In this document: positions 51,321 through 60,570 of the stretch, one piece after another
How positions within the stretch are numbered: position 1 is the first letter of the stretch
How the letters are laid out: every line of letters begins with the position of its first letter
IMG/VR virus record: IMGVR_UViG_3300042505_000808
Length of the DNA: 64,000 bases
Strand: one strand, 5' to 3'
DNA from: an uncultured virus (IMG/VR IMGVR_UViG_3300042505_000808)
Lineage: Duplodnaviria; Heunggongvirae; Uroviricota; Caudoviricetes
The notes under the pieces: model-generated
The model's database searches: none
Told to the model about the DNA's origin: nothing
What the model saw: only the letters and a program-made list of their open reading frames with translations
Made by a program: the position numbers and the translations under genes

Positions 51321-52139
51321 CTAATCAACGCTATTAGTTTTGCAGGTGTAAGCAACTTCCCATCCCAACGCTATATTAGGATCTAGGGCATCCGCTGTAA
51401 ATTCTAACCAGAGACCTGTATGGCGGCTTCGTAGATTGATGTCTTGGTTATCTTTGTTCTCATATCCACGATTTAAATCAAATGCTTGAAAAGTTGTTCC
51501 AGCAGTTACAGTGCCGGCATAGACTAGGCTAGTTGGTGGGGAAGTTCTTGGGTTAAATGGTGTTGTCTGCCATACCCCTGTAGTAATCGCAGCGGTTGAA
51601 GCAGCAGAAACGGAAACAGTTACAGCAACAGAAGAAGTTACGCTAGTGACTGTATATGTGGTGTTATATGCAGCAATATCGCAGTCTTTGATCGAAAATG
51701 AAGATCCTACTTTTAAACCATGTGCTGTGCTAAAAACTATACTGGCCGGTGTGCTAATAGGGGTCGCTTCCCAATATTCTGTACCTGGGGCATAACCTGT
51801 ATTTGGGCCAAGTAGCCTACGCCACAAAACACCAGCATAAGATACAATGTCCCCAATACTGTAATCAGCGCCACCAGCATATTCCCCGAGAAAAAGATTA
51901 CTAGTTACAGTTATTGACGAAACAGTTCCCGAGTTTTCCACATTAAGATCAGTCAATCCAATACACGCAGATCTGCGGTCATAAACTTTGAAGGTACCGC
52001 TACCAGTATTACTTGCAGGGCTAGTCTGCGTAATAATAAAGCGGTCCAGCGTTCCATAAGATGGAGCAGGGAGTTCCAAAGTTTGGATCGCATTTGAGTT
52101 GCCAGAAAATGCAACCACACGAGAATATTCTGAAGCCAT
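51321..52139 (-). CDS. Putative virion surface protein with carbohydrate-binding-like motif
   Basis: 272 aa Thr/Ser-rich; YSIGDIVSYAGVLW...PGTEYW (CBM5/12-like); TAHGLKVG motif. Confidence 0.5.
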   Translation of the reverse strand: MASEYSRVVAFSGNSNAIQTLELPAPSYGTLDRFIITQTSPASNTGSGTFKVYDRRSACIGLTDLNVENSGTVSSITVTSNLFLGEYAGGADYSIGDIVSYAGVLWRRLLGPNTGYAPGTEYWEATPISTPASIVFSTAHGLKVGSSFSIKDCDIAAYNTTYTVTSVTSSVAVTVSVSAASTAAITTGVWQTTPFNPRTSPPTSLVYAGTVTAGTTFQAFDLNRGYENKDNQDINLRSRHTGLWLEFTADALDPNIALGWEVAYTCKTNSVD

Positions 52140-52142
52140 GTT

Positions 52143-54674
52143 TTAGTTCCTTGAAACTTCGTCTAAGTTAATGTCACCTTTATCAAATGATGACTCAATA
52201 GTCTTCTCTTTCAAGAAGAGTGTAATATCACCAAGAGATTCAAAGGCATTCCGTAAACTATCTTCTAATTCTGGAAGATCACTTTTACCATATCTATCTT
52301 CAAATTCTTCTTGATGCCAGTAGAAATTCATCAACAACCGGCCTAGCGAATCCAAGGCTGCCATTAAGTCGCCCAAGTGGCGGTCTACCAGTGAATCTTG
52401 TCTTACTGTTTTTAACATACCTGCCATCATTGAAACATCAAATACTTCTTTCTGACCATCTTTGCCAGCAGTTTGTGCTGATTGCAGATTTTGTTGAAAA
52501 TCTTTAGCTTCAAAGTTCTGCCAGTTGTCCCACTTGGATCTATTTGTATTCTTACCACTCATTGAGGGTATAGGTGAATTCTTTTCCGTAGGATAGCGAG
52601 TCAAGGCAGATGTGCTTGGCCCAAATGTCTCGCTACCACGATCCCCAGAAGTGTCCGTATCAAGGGGGAACGAAGGACCTCCAGCTAACACACTAGTATT
52701 AGGTGCAGCTTGTTTCTCTGTGCCATAGCCAGCAGCATACAGCACACGATAAATTGCATGCCCTGACTTCTCTGCTTTTTGCAGCATATCCATAGCAACT
52801 TTTTCACGAAGTCCATGTGTGTCTACCAACCGGCATAATGCTGCTTTTTTGCTTAATTGAACGGCACCGATTACAGAGTCTAAGTACACATCGGTGCCGT
52901 TATTGAATATTTTGAGCCTAGCTGTCTTTTCAACTAATAAGCGTTTGATGTCAGATAAGCCACCTAACTTAATAGGATTTGATTCATCGTCAAAAGGTGA
53001 ACAGCCACACCCACCAAAGATGCTGGAAGAAGAACCATCCGACAATTTGATGAACTTGAAAGAAGCTGGCACACGAAGTTGCCCGGAGACAGGTCTAAGT
53101 CTAAGGCCGCTCTTATCTTCTTTGCCAATGATTAGAGTAGCCCCATAATTACTATTACTATTGAAAGAACTTATTAGATTAGCACCTGCTGCCATGCCCC
53201 GCCTAGAAGGAGCATACCGATCTTGTATCTTAGGCATCAGCTCGCTACGTGAAGCTGAATAATCTTTATTCGTGCGAAAATCTACTTTGTACTCACCATC
53301 ACCCATGTCCGTAGTTACACGGAAAGGCGCAGTAGCCGAACGACTGTAGTTTATAGCGATATATTCTGCATCCTCGTCTAAGTCTGTGTCAGAGGATAAG
53401 CCGTCAAACCAATCTTTCCATTCGTCTTTGTCCGAAACTTGTGTAGCAAAAACTGATGTGCTGTCGGCATTTAACCAGCTTTTATTAGCTCCATCCTTTT
53501 TATCTATCCGTACAACTGTGGTCATGGACTCTGCTCCACGACTGCTGATACCATTCAAGACCACCAGCATTTTGCTAAATTCACCAGAGCTTTCTAAAAC
53601 AGAATATAATTCAGTTTCAGAGGGGTTAGTGAGGCTAATATCATTTTCAGTGGTGTAAAGCTTACTTACTTCTGTATCTTCTCTACGATCTTTGATGACT
53701 ACTTTGCCTTGCAGCAATTTCTCTCGGTCTGAAGTGCCCAAATCAGATTTGTTCGTAACCACCGATGCGGACATATAGATCTCTAACTTACCTTCTTTAA
53801 TGTGATCGGTAATAGGCTGGGGCTGGGAGAGCGTACCCAGCAAGGTAGTAGGCACAAGTGTGACGGTAGTAGGCGTAGGAAGAATGCTGCTAGCCTGCTT
53901 GATTGTGTTACTTCGAAGTTCTTTAGCCCAGCGGGAAAAACAATCAACACCATAAAAGTCACTAGTAGCTTTTTTAATGGTGGGATAGCGTTCTGCTAAG
54001 TCGTAAGCTGCTTCAAGTAATGCCAAGCTTTTAGGGAGCACTTGGTTAAAATCCAGATTTGAAGCTGTCTTTGCTAGCGCCGCTTCAAATGGCACTTGGA
54101 CAACTGCCTTTTGATCCAACTTGCGATTACCTGCGCCACGATACAAGGATCCGGCAAATTTTACTTTGAAGGCGGCAAGCATAGGAAGCACAGGTGCTAG
54201 CCAATGAGAATCACTTGCGTGCTTGTTGCCTTGGGGCGAAATAGACAAAGAGTTAATGTCAGGGGCAATGCCTCCGAGCTCTTGTAATTTGCCTACAGAA
54301 GGTTCTCCTAAAATATGAGGTTTCCGGCTCATAAGATAGTTGATCCAATTTTCTTTCATTGGAACAAATGAATCATTATTTTTTATGTAGAGTAGCTCGT
54401 GTCCTTTTAAATCACCATTTAAGAAAAAGACAGGAGCATACAACCACTGCTTACCGATTTGAAAGCCAAAAACACCAATAGCTTTAGTATTGTCTTCATT
54501 ACGATCAATTAGCTGGAAGCCCAACATATAATCAAGAAGTCTTGGTGCCTTATCTTTTAGATAAGCATAGGCTAAGCTAGAGAAAGCTTGTTCAAATTCT
54601 GTTTCTCCTCCCTTACCGCCGATACTAGCATTCTTCAATAAATTATTTTTTCTAGACATTTTCATGAGCCACAT
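52143..54674 (-). CDS. Large putative head/inner-body protein
   Basis: 843 aa; K-x-A motifs (KNAS, KHAS, KTAS, KQAS, KTAR, KQAA) at apparent domain boundaries. Confidence 0.55.
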   Translation of the reverse strand: MWLMKMSRKNNLLKNASIGGKGGETEFEQAFSSLAYAYLKDKAPRLLDYMLGFQLIDRNEDNTKAIGVFGFQIGKQWLYAPVFFLNGDLKGHELLYIKNNDSFVPMKENWINYLMSRKPHILGEPSVGKLQELGGIAPDINSLSISPQGNKHASDSHWLAPVLPMLAAFKVKFAGSLYRGAGNRKLDQKAVVQVPFEAALAKTASNLDFNQVLPKSLALLEAAYDLAERYPTIKKATSDFYGVDCFSRWAKELRSNTIKQASSILPTPTTVTLVPTTLLGTLSQPQPITDHIKEGKLEIYMSASVVTNKSDLGTSDREKLLQGKVVIKDRREDTEVSKLYTTENDISLTNPSETELYSVLESSGEFSKMLVVLNGISSRGAESMTTVVRIDKKDGANKSWLNADSTSVFATQVSDKDEWKDWFDGLSSDTDLDEDAEYIAINYSRSATAPFRVTTDMGDGEYKVDFRTNKDYSASRSELMPKIQDRYAPSRRGMAAGANLISSFNSNSNYGATLIIGKEDKSGLRLRPVSGQLRVPASFKFIKLSDGSSSSIFGGCGCSPFDDESNPIKLGGLSDIKRLLVEKTARLKIFNNGTDVYLDSVIGAVQLSKKAALCRLVDTHGLREKVAMDMLQKAEKSGHAIYRVLYAAGYGTEKQAAPNTSVLAGGPSFPLDTDTSGDRGSETFGPSTSALTRYPTEKNSPIPSMSGKNTNRSKWDNWQNFEAKDFQQNLQSAQTAGKDGQKEVFDVSMMAGMLKTVRQDSLVDRHLGDLMAALDSLGRLLMNFYWHQEEFEDRYGKSDLPELEDSLRNAFESLGDITLFLKEKTIESSFDKGDINLDEVSRN

Positions 54675-54690
54675 TCCTCGATTGTATTAC

Positions 54691-54909
54691 TTACTGATTA
54701 TTAGAGTGCATCTGCTGTCTAAGTAAAGAAAGGCGCGCATTTACAATGGCATTACCCAAGGCTGCTGCCACCTTTTCAACATCCGTTTCTTCTTCCTCTA
54801 GTGGCGTTTTCTTTTTCTTTTTCTTCATGGTAGTTGGAGGCAACAAGTATGCTGCAGCATATTTTATGTCAAGCCCACCAAGCAATGGTTTATTCCACAT
54901 AATATTCAC
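54691..54909 (-). CDS. Small hypothetical protein
   Basis: 72 aa; poly-Lys then poly-Glu; KYAA and KVAA. Confidence 0.5.
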   Translation of the reverse strand: MNIMWNKPLLGGLDIKYAAAYLLPPTTMKKKKKKTPLEEEETDVEKVAAALGNAIVNARLSLLRQQMHSNNQ

Positions 54910-54955
54910 CTAAATTTAAAACTTGAAATTATTAGACTAGTTTAGCCACACAAGG

Positions 54956-54975
54956 GCTTGTACCGCAATACAAGC
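54956..54975 (-). terminator. Short hairpin 3' of the beta' C-terminal gene
   Basis: GCTTGTA-CCGCAA-TACAAGC; weak U-tract. Confidence 0.35.
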
Positions 54976-54987
54976 ACTCAACTAATA

Positions 54988-57900
54988 TCATTTAGAACTT
55001 TCTGCCCATCCTCGATACTCCGCTAGATCTTCATTGTTAGTTCTCAATTGGGATTCTAGTTTCGCCCTTTGTTCTGGCGGAAGAGAAGTATCTCGAAGTT
55101 GTGCTTCAACTGCCACAATGTTTTCTTTAAGCCCATTAACTCGATTACGCATGTCCGTGCTAAACAAGCCCTTACCTGAAGAACCACCCTCTCGCTCGTA
55201 AGTACCCATCATCTGCTTACGCTGTGCCTGTCTATTTAATAACTGCTCCTGCCTTGCTTGCCCCCCTGCGTCTAGCTCCCCCTTAGCTTTTAACTCTGCT
55301 AGTTCTGTGTCCGCAGCTGTAACCGAATTTTGCATGGCATCACGGAATTTGTGTCCGCCACTACCAAACCAATTTTGTTGGCCTAGTCTCCAGTTAGCTG
55401 TTTCATCCGCTGTATTTCCTTGTCTAGTTTTAGCGTCTTGTATTTGTGCTTTTAAATCTGCAGTACCTTCTAAATTCTGCGGTTTAGTCAAAGCTAATTG
55501 TGCTTCTAGACCTTTTTGCTTTTCTACTTCCATTGCATTAACTTGCGTTTTGTCTGCCACCGAGGCACGGGAACGAGCATCAGTTCCAGTTACTTTGTCA
55601 CGAATAGCTTCACCGGCCATCCCAGCCTGCTCCCCAAGCATCCCCGCTGTCTGAGTTGCACCCCCAGCTATTAGCTGCGCATTAGCCACTGGGTTAAGAG
55701 CTTGTGCAGGGGCTTGCCATGCTGTATGCAGCCCATCTTTAAACGAAAGAATGTCTCTCCAGTTTTGTGCTGCATCATTGGTTGTATTATCCCAACCTTT
55801 ATCTACTATGTCTGAACCAACGCTATAAGCTTCCATACCTGCACCAAGGAATGGCAGAGCTTTTCCTACTCCTTTAGTAAGTGCTGAAAATCCTTTACCT
55901 ACATAACCTGCAGGTGCTTTAGGTAATGGGGGTGGACCTTTAGGCAATGGCGGGGGGCTACCAGGCACAGGTGGTGGAGTTGTAGGAAAGGGGGGCGGGC
56001 TTCCGGGTATAGGAGGCGGAGTGGTAGGAAATGCAGGTGGTTTAGGTGCCATAATTGTATTTTTTATACCATTGTAGCCAATTGGAGCAGCATACCCAAA
56101 TGCTGTACCTGTATCTGGACCCGAGCGGGCTGCTGGTTTTTCCTCTGTAGGCGAGTCTACTGTAGGAGCAGATGCTGTAGGGGCACTAGGCTGGGAACCG
56201 CCACCAAACATATTAAGCATGCTATTCCACATCCCACCTTGGTTTGCAGCTGGGGTAGGACTGCTGCTAGGTGCATTAGATTGCGGGCTTTGGTTTAAAT
56301 TTTGTTGTCCTTGTCCGCTGTTGTTTTGGGCACCACCCCCAAACATATTAAGCATATTACCCCACAACCCATTATTATTACTTGTAGCTAATCCTTGTGA
56401 GGGTCTCGAATTAAATAGCTGTTGAAAATTACCACCACCAGCCATCCCACCTAACATCATAAGCCCCATTAAAGGATTTTGATTTAACATCTGCCCAGCT
56501 TGCCCTGCAAAATTAGAATTATTTTGCATCAAATAATTAAAGTGATTAAATTGATCCGAATTTGAGGTTGGGGTAGGTGTAGATGCGGGCGGAGGGGCTA
56601 AAGCAGAAGTGCCCTGATCGCCCTTTGCGTCAGTATCTTTGTATGTGTCATACAGTGATGGGGCGGGGGCAGGAGTAGGTGCAGGCGCAGGAGTAGGTGC
56701 AGGGGTAGGTGGCAGAGCTGGCATGATATTTGGGCTAAGGTCAGCTGCTGGGGTATAAGGATGAGGTTCAGTATTATTACGAGGGGCAACCCCGCCTTCC
56801 ATATGTTCTGGGGAATTTGACCCATTCCTTGGGGCTGGTCCGCCCATATATTCTGTAGCAGGGGTATTGGGTATCGGTTTAGAGACGGCAGGAGGCTTAG
56901 AAACGGAAGGTGGTTTAGAAACATCTGGAACAGAGTCCATCGCAAGCTTAGTTTGGCCAGGGGTAAAACGACCGCCAAAAAAAGGAGCGTTGCTAGGTGC
57001 TATAGGCTTTAATGCAGGAGGAGTAGGAGTTGCAGGTAGCTCATAGCTAGGTTTAGGTTTTATTACCGCATGGTCTTTACCTTCTCCAAAATCAAGACCC
57101 ATTGCTAAACTAGGAACAAAGCTTGTACCTCGTTCTTCGCTGATAGCCCCATGAGTCACAGAATCTAAGAAACTTTTCTTTAAACCAGACCCATACATTT
57201 GAGTCATCCAGTCAGGATCATGCTGCATTTGATACAAACCACGAACCATGTGGGGCTCAAATGGCGGAGGGTTCTTGTGTACTGGAATTTCATTGATTTC
57301 AAAATCTTGAAAATTCTTAAGCATAGAAGGTCGAATTTTAGTACCAATAGTGTAATGCAGTATAGGTCGTTCAAGATATTGACCTAGTGCTCGCTTAGGA
57401 GTTAATCGCTGGTGGTCTTCTCGTGGTTTGTAAGTGTGCTCAAGCGTAGAGTAAGGAACAATATCGTCAGGTACATGGTCATCTGTTTCTTCTGTCAGCC
57501 TTACATGGTTAATAAGACCTCGAGCTAATACCTCTATGTTTCGTCTGTGCCCGAACATTCCGCTGTCACCCATTGCCTTACGAAACTCATTAACAAAATA
57601 GCGTCTTCCTTCGCCTACCCCTTTGTGCTCTGTAATAGTAGCAGGGTTAGGAATTCCTGAGCTAATTACATCCCCAGCCTCTACCTCGTCTCCTTTTTTT
57701 ACTTTAAGATCAAACCCAGCCCCTACATAATGTTGTTTATCTCCAATGGTTACATAGCTACCACCCGCAGGAGCTTCCTCAATACGCTGTACTACTCCAT
57801 CTTTTAGTGCATGCGCTGCCCCGCCTTGCATCTTCTTTGGAACTTGCACTAATTGGTTTAAATACTGGAAACCGCTGACAGCTTTTTCTTGACCTGCCAC

Positions 57901-58920
57901 TCCACCCGAATGTTTTGCAGATAGCTGACCTTGGCTAATCGGTTCACTTAAAGCATGTGCAGCCTGTAACCCAACTTGCTCGCCAAGCCCTGGAAGCTTT
58001 CCAGTTTCCCGAATACCTACATCCCTAGAATAAACACCACCATCGGGAGATCCACCTACGAGGGCAGATCGTACTAAGATTTTAGATGTGCCAAGCCGTT
58101 TTAAATGATTCAGTATTTTCGGAGTAAGGGGAGTGTTTCGAGCATAAGGGCCAACAGCCCGAGCTAGCAGTGCTCCTTCGTTATCTGCGTCATCAGTGTC
58201 TACTACCAATCCTCGAATAGGTGCATCTTCTGCCTCTTCGGCATCTTCTCCGGTTACCACTAATCTATGGCTAGTTTGATTAAGTTGTTTGTTAAAAAAT
58301 CCGGCATCTTGTGTGGCAAACTTAGTTGCCATAATACCTTTACGTGCCCCATAGGTTCCGGCCCAATACTCGGCAGGGGACAACCCTTCGCTGTAGCTAC
58401 GCAGTACAGGGATTGGAATCACATCATCCCGCTGATCCGAATACAGCATGTCTGAACCTAACAAACTAGTTAAATTCATAGACTTACCGCGCGTACCTGA
58501 CATTACCTGCATCCCAAGCGGATTCTTATTTAGCAATGCCTCTGCAAGTACTTGTTTTTGTTGTTCTGGACTTTCTTTACCAACGGCACGAATAATCTGC
58601 TCATTTCGCTGCTGATCTGTCAAAGATTCGTCAGATAGAATGTTGGTAAGTGTTGCTCTAACTTTCTGGCGAGAAGCTAATGCCGCTTTGCTTACTTGCA
58701 AATGGCGAAGACCAAAAGACATGCCACCCTGCTCTTGAGCCATGCTTTGGCCAAGACCACTTAGCTTAAAAGAAATGTCTTTATAACGCTCTGGGTGTTG
58801 TTGTGCCACTTGCTGTAATAAAGATTGCAGCCCTTTTTTATCTAGCACACGATGAGAGTCTCTCAACTCTTCCGGAAGGACATCATTAATTAACAGTTGT
58901 CCAACGGTCGTATTCAACAT
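54988..58920 (-). CDS. rpoC: RNA polymerase beta' subunit, C-terminal half, fused to a 650-aa low-complexity extension
   Basis: TTVGQLL; SGTRG; bridge helix EGLSPAEYWAGTYGARKG; trigger loop GEQVGLQAAHALSEPISQGQLSAKHSGG; NIEVLAR. Confidence 0.9.
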   Translation of the reverse strand: MLNTTVGQLLINDVLPEELRDSHRVLDKKGLQSLLQQVAQQHPERYKDISFKLSGLGQSMAQEQGGMSFGLRHLQVSKAALASRQKVRATLTNILSDESLTDQQRNEQIIRAVGKESPEQQKQVLAEALLNKNPLGMQVMSGTRGKSMNLTSLLGSDMLYSDQRDDVIPIPVLRSYSEGLSPAEYWAGTYGARKGIMATKFATQDAGFFNKQLNQTSHRLVVTGEDAEEAEDAPIRGLVVDTDDADNEGALLARAVGPYARNTPLTPKILNHLKRLGTSKILVRSALVGGSPDGGVYSRDVGIRETGKLPGLGEQVGLQAAHALSEPISQGQLSAKHSGGVAGQEKAVSGFQYLNQLVQVPKKMQGGAAHALKDGVVQRIEEAPAGGSYVTIGDKQHYVGAGFDLKVKKGDEVEAGDVISSGIPNPATITEHKGVGEGRRYFVNEFRKAMGDSGMFGHRRNIEVLARGLINHVRLTEETDDHVPDDIVPYSTLEHTYKPREDHQRLTPKRALGQYLERPILHYTIGTKIRPSMLKNFQDFEINEIPVHKNPPPFEPHMVRGLYQMQHDPDWMTQMYGSGLKKSFLDSVTHGAISEERGTSFVPSLAMGLDFGEGKDHAVIKPKPSYELPATPTPPALKPIAPSNAPFFGGRFTPGQTKLAMDSVPDVSKPPSVSKPPAVSKPIPNTPATEYMGGPAPRNGSNSPEHMEGGVAPRNNTEPHPYTPAADLSPNIMPALPPTPAPTPAPAPTPAPAPSLYDTYKDTDAKGDQGTSALAPPPASTPTPTSNSDQFNHFNYLMQNNSNFAGQAGQMLNQNPLMGLMMLGGMAGGGNFQQLFNSRPSQGLATSNNNGLWGNMLNMFGGGAQNNSGQGQQNLNQSPQSNAPSSSPTPAANQGGMWNSMLNMFGGGSQPSAPTASAPTVDSPTEEKPAARSGPDTGTAFGYAAPIGYNGIKNTIMAPKPPAFPTTPPPIPGSPPPFPTTPPPVPGSPPPLPKGPPPLPKAPAGYVGKGFSALTKGVGKALPFLGAGMEAYSVGSDIVDKGWDNTTNDAAQNWRDILSFKDGLHTAWQAPAQALNPVANAQLIAGGATQTAGMLGEQAGMAGEAIRDKVTGTDARSRASVADKTQVNAMEVEKQKGLEAQLALTKPQNLEGTADLKAQIQDAKTRQGNTADETANWRLGQQNWFGSGGHKFRDAMQNSVTAADTELAELKAKGELDAGGQARQEQLLNRQAQRKQMMGTYEREGGSSGKGLFSTDMRNRVNGLKENIVAVEAQLRDTSLPPEQRAKLESQLRTNNEDLAEYRGWAESSK

Positions 58921-58961
58921 GGATAGTTCTCAGCGTGTGCAAATTATTTAAAATCTGGATT

Positions 58962-59531
58962 TTAGTCGTCACTATCGTCACCACCAAAGGCGGCTTCGAT
59001 ATCTTTAAGAGTAATTTCTTCACTCTTGCCACGCTTTGCTTTCTTACGAGATGGCTTAGGTTCATCTTGTATAATAGCAGCCGCCTCTGGCATACTCTCA
59101 ACAACTTTGACTACTTCTTCTTTAATAGCTTCAGGAGCTAGTATAGAAAAAGATATGGAGTCTGCCTGATCACGGGTTAATTCTCCCCGTCCAACCGACA
59201 TGTCTACAACGATTTGCAGCTGTGTAATTATATATTCAGTGGCCTTCACTGTGATAAGCGTGGCTCCGTTTTCAAATTCAGCTTGTATGGCTGCGAGCCC
59301 ATAGCAATTATCAAGTATTTCTAACTCTACTTCTTTTTTTGGAGGAAGTTGAAGTTTAGCAATAAGAGGGGCATCTTCTAATATAGGTAGTGACATCTCG
59401 GCATAATACTTATTATTAGAAGAGTTTAAGTTAGAAGATTGTTGATAAGTAGGAGCAGGGATAGCTGTAAGGCTAACCTCTGGTTTTCGGTCTCGATAGT
59501 AGCAGTCAGAAGATCGTAAAGAATCGTCCAT
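58962..59531 (-). CDS. Hypothetical protein
   Basis: 189 aa between the RNAP genes. Confidence 0.65.
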   Translation of the reverse strand: MDDSLRSSDCYYRDRKPEVSLTAIPAPTYQQSSNLNSSNNKYYAEMSLPILEDAPLIAKLQLPPKKEVELEILDNCYGLAAIQAEFENGATLITVKATEYIITQLQIVVDMSVGRGELTRDQADSISFSILAPEAIKEEVVKVVESMPEAAAIIQDEPKPSRKKAKRGKSEEITLKDIEAAFGGDDSDD

Positions 59532-59532
59532 A

Positions 59533-59757
59533 TTACACCTGTATCTTAGTAGAAATAACGGTTTCGTTAATACCTAGTTTACGCAAATTATCATTGAAAC
59601 TGGCATCTTCACAATGAGACACCATAACGCTGGAAGAACCACCAAAAAGTGCAGCTACGCTAACTGGAGTACCATCTAGCATACGCACTACAACCTGAGA
59701 AGCAGGTATCCTAAGTGGAGGTTTACCAATACTTTCAAGTACCTCCACGATAAACAT
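59533..59757 (-). CDS. Hypothetical protein
   Basis: 74 aa; tightly packed with an SD-like AAGGGA. Confidence 0.6.
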   Translation of the reverse strand: MFIVEVLESIGKPPLRIPASQVVVRMLDGTPVSVAALFGGSSSVMVSHCEDASFNDNLRKLGINETVISTKIQV

Positions 59758-59769
59758 ATAATAAATCCC

Positions 59770-60504
59770 TTACTTGTTATTATTACGCATTAAAAGTGCA
59801 GTAGCCAACGCTGCTACACTGCCACTTTTAACAGAAGTATGTTGAGGGTAATAATCCGCAGGCAAGCTGAAAGCTGTACCACTTTCCCACGCCTCCGCTG
59901 ACTTCATAGGAGCAATAGGTTGAATCTGCCCAAGACCACCACCCGACTTACCATCGGGAGTAGCTGCCGCTAATCCTGGCCCACCTTGTGCAATCTGGTT
60001 TAAGTCTTCAGGTGTTACCACCATATCAGACACAGGTACATGGATGCCAAGTGCATCAATAATCTTAGCAAGCATTTTCTTAATCTGTACGATTTCGACA
60101 TTGATGTCAATTTTAGGTTTAAGACCGGGGCCTGCGCCTTGTGGTTGCCCGCCACCATTAGCTGACATTGCTTGTTGCACTGCCTGTTGAACCATCGGCA
60201 TTATTGCTGCCATGGGGTCCATAGGGGGAGGAGGTGGAGCACCGCCACCCATAGAAGGATCCATAGGAGGAGGTGGGGCACCACCGCCCATAGAAGGATC
60301 CATAGGAGGAGCACCGCCCATTGAAGGGTCAGGAGGTGGAGCACCACCGCCCATAGAAGGATCCATAGGAGGAGCACCGCCAGAAGGCATAGGAGCCCCC
60401 ATAGCAGGATCGCCTGCCGCAACAAATGCATATTTAGATAGGTGTCGTTTTCCTACATGTTGTCGGGCCATCTTTAACAATTCCAAATTAACTGCCATAA
60501 ACAT
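59770..60504 (-). CDS. Pro/Gly/Met-rich protein (GGAPPPMDPSM repeats)
   Basis: 244 aa; SD AAGGAG; KYA and KSA motifs flank the repeat core. Confidence 0.7.
   Translation of the reverse strand: MFMAVNLELLKMARQHVGKRHLSKYAFVAAGDPAMGAPMPSGGAPPMDPSMGGGAPPPDPSMGGAPPMDPSMGGGAPPPPMDPSMGGGAPPPPPMDPMAAIMPMVQQAVQQAMSANGGGQPQGAGPGLKPKIDINVEIVQIKKMLAKIIDALGIHVPVSDMVVTPEDLNQIAQGGPGLAAATPDGKSGGGLGQIQPIAPMKSAEAWESGTAFSLPADYYPQHTSVKSGSVAALATALLMRNNNK
60212..60385 (-). repeat. About five imperfect 30-40-bp coding repeats (GGAPP..DPSM)
   Basis: Repeated atagaaggatccataggaggag / gcaccgccc units. Confidence 0.85.
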
Positions 60505-60570
60505 ACTCCTTGTGTGATCTCATCTTATGATTCTAAGTTCTAATCAAAATCTAGGATAGAGATATATTGC

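Noticed and set aside
51312..51323. TAG stop in frame with the next ORF, suggesting stop-codon reassignment or readthrough
   Set aside because: TAGGAG doubles as the SD. Other TAG-ended genes are followed by out-of-frame genes or another stop, and coding density is already full under code 11.
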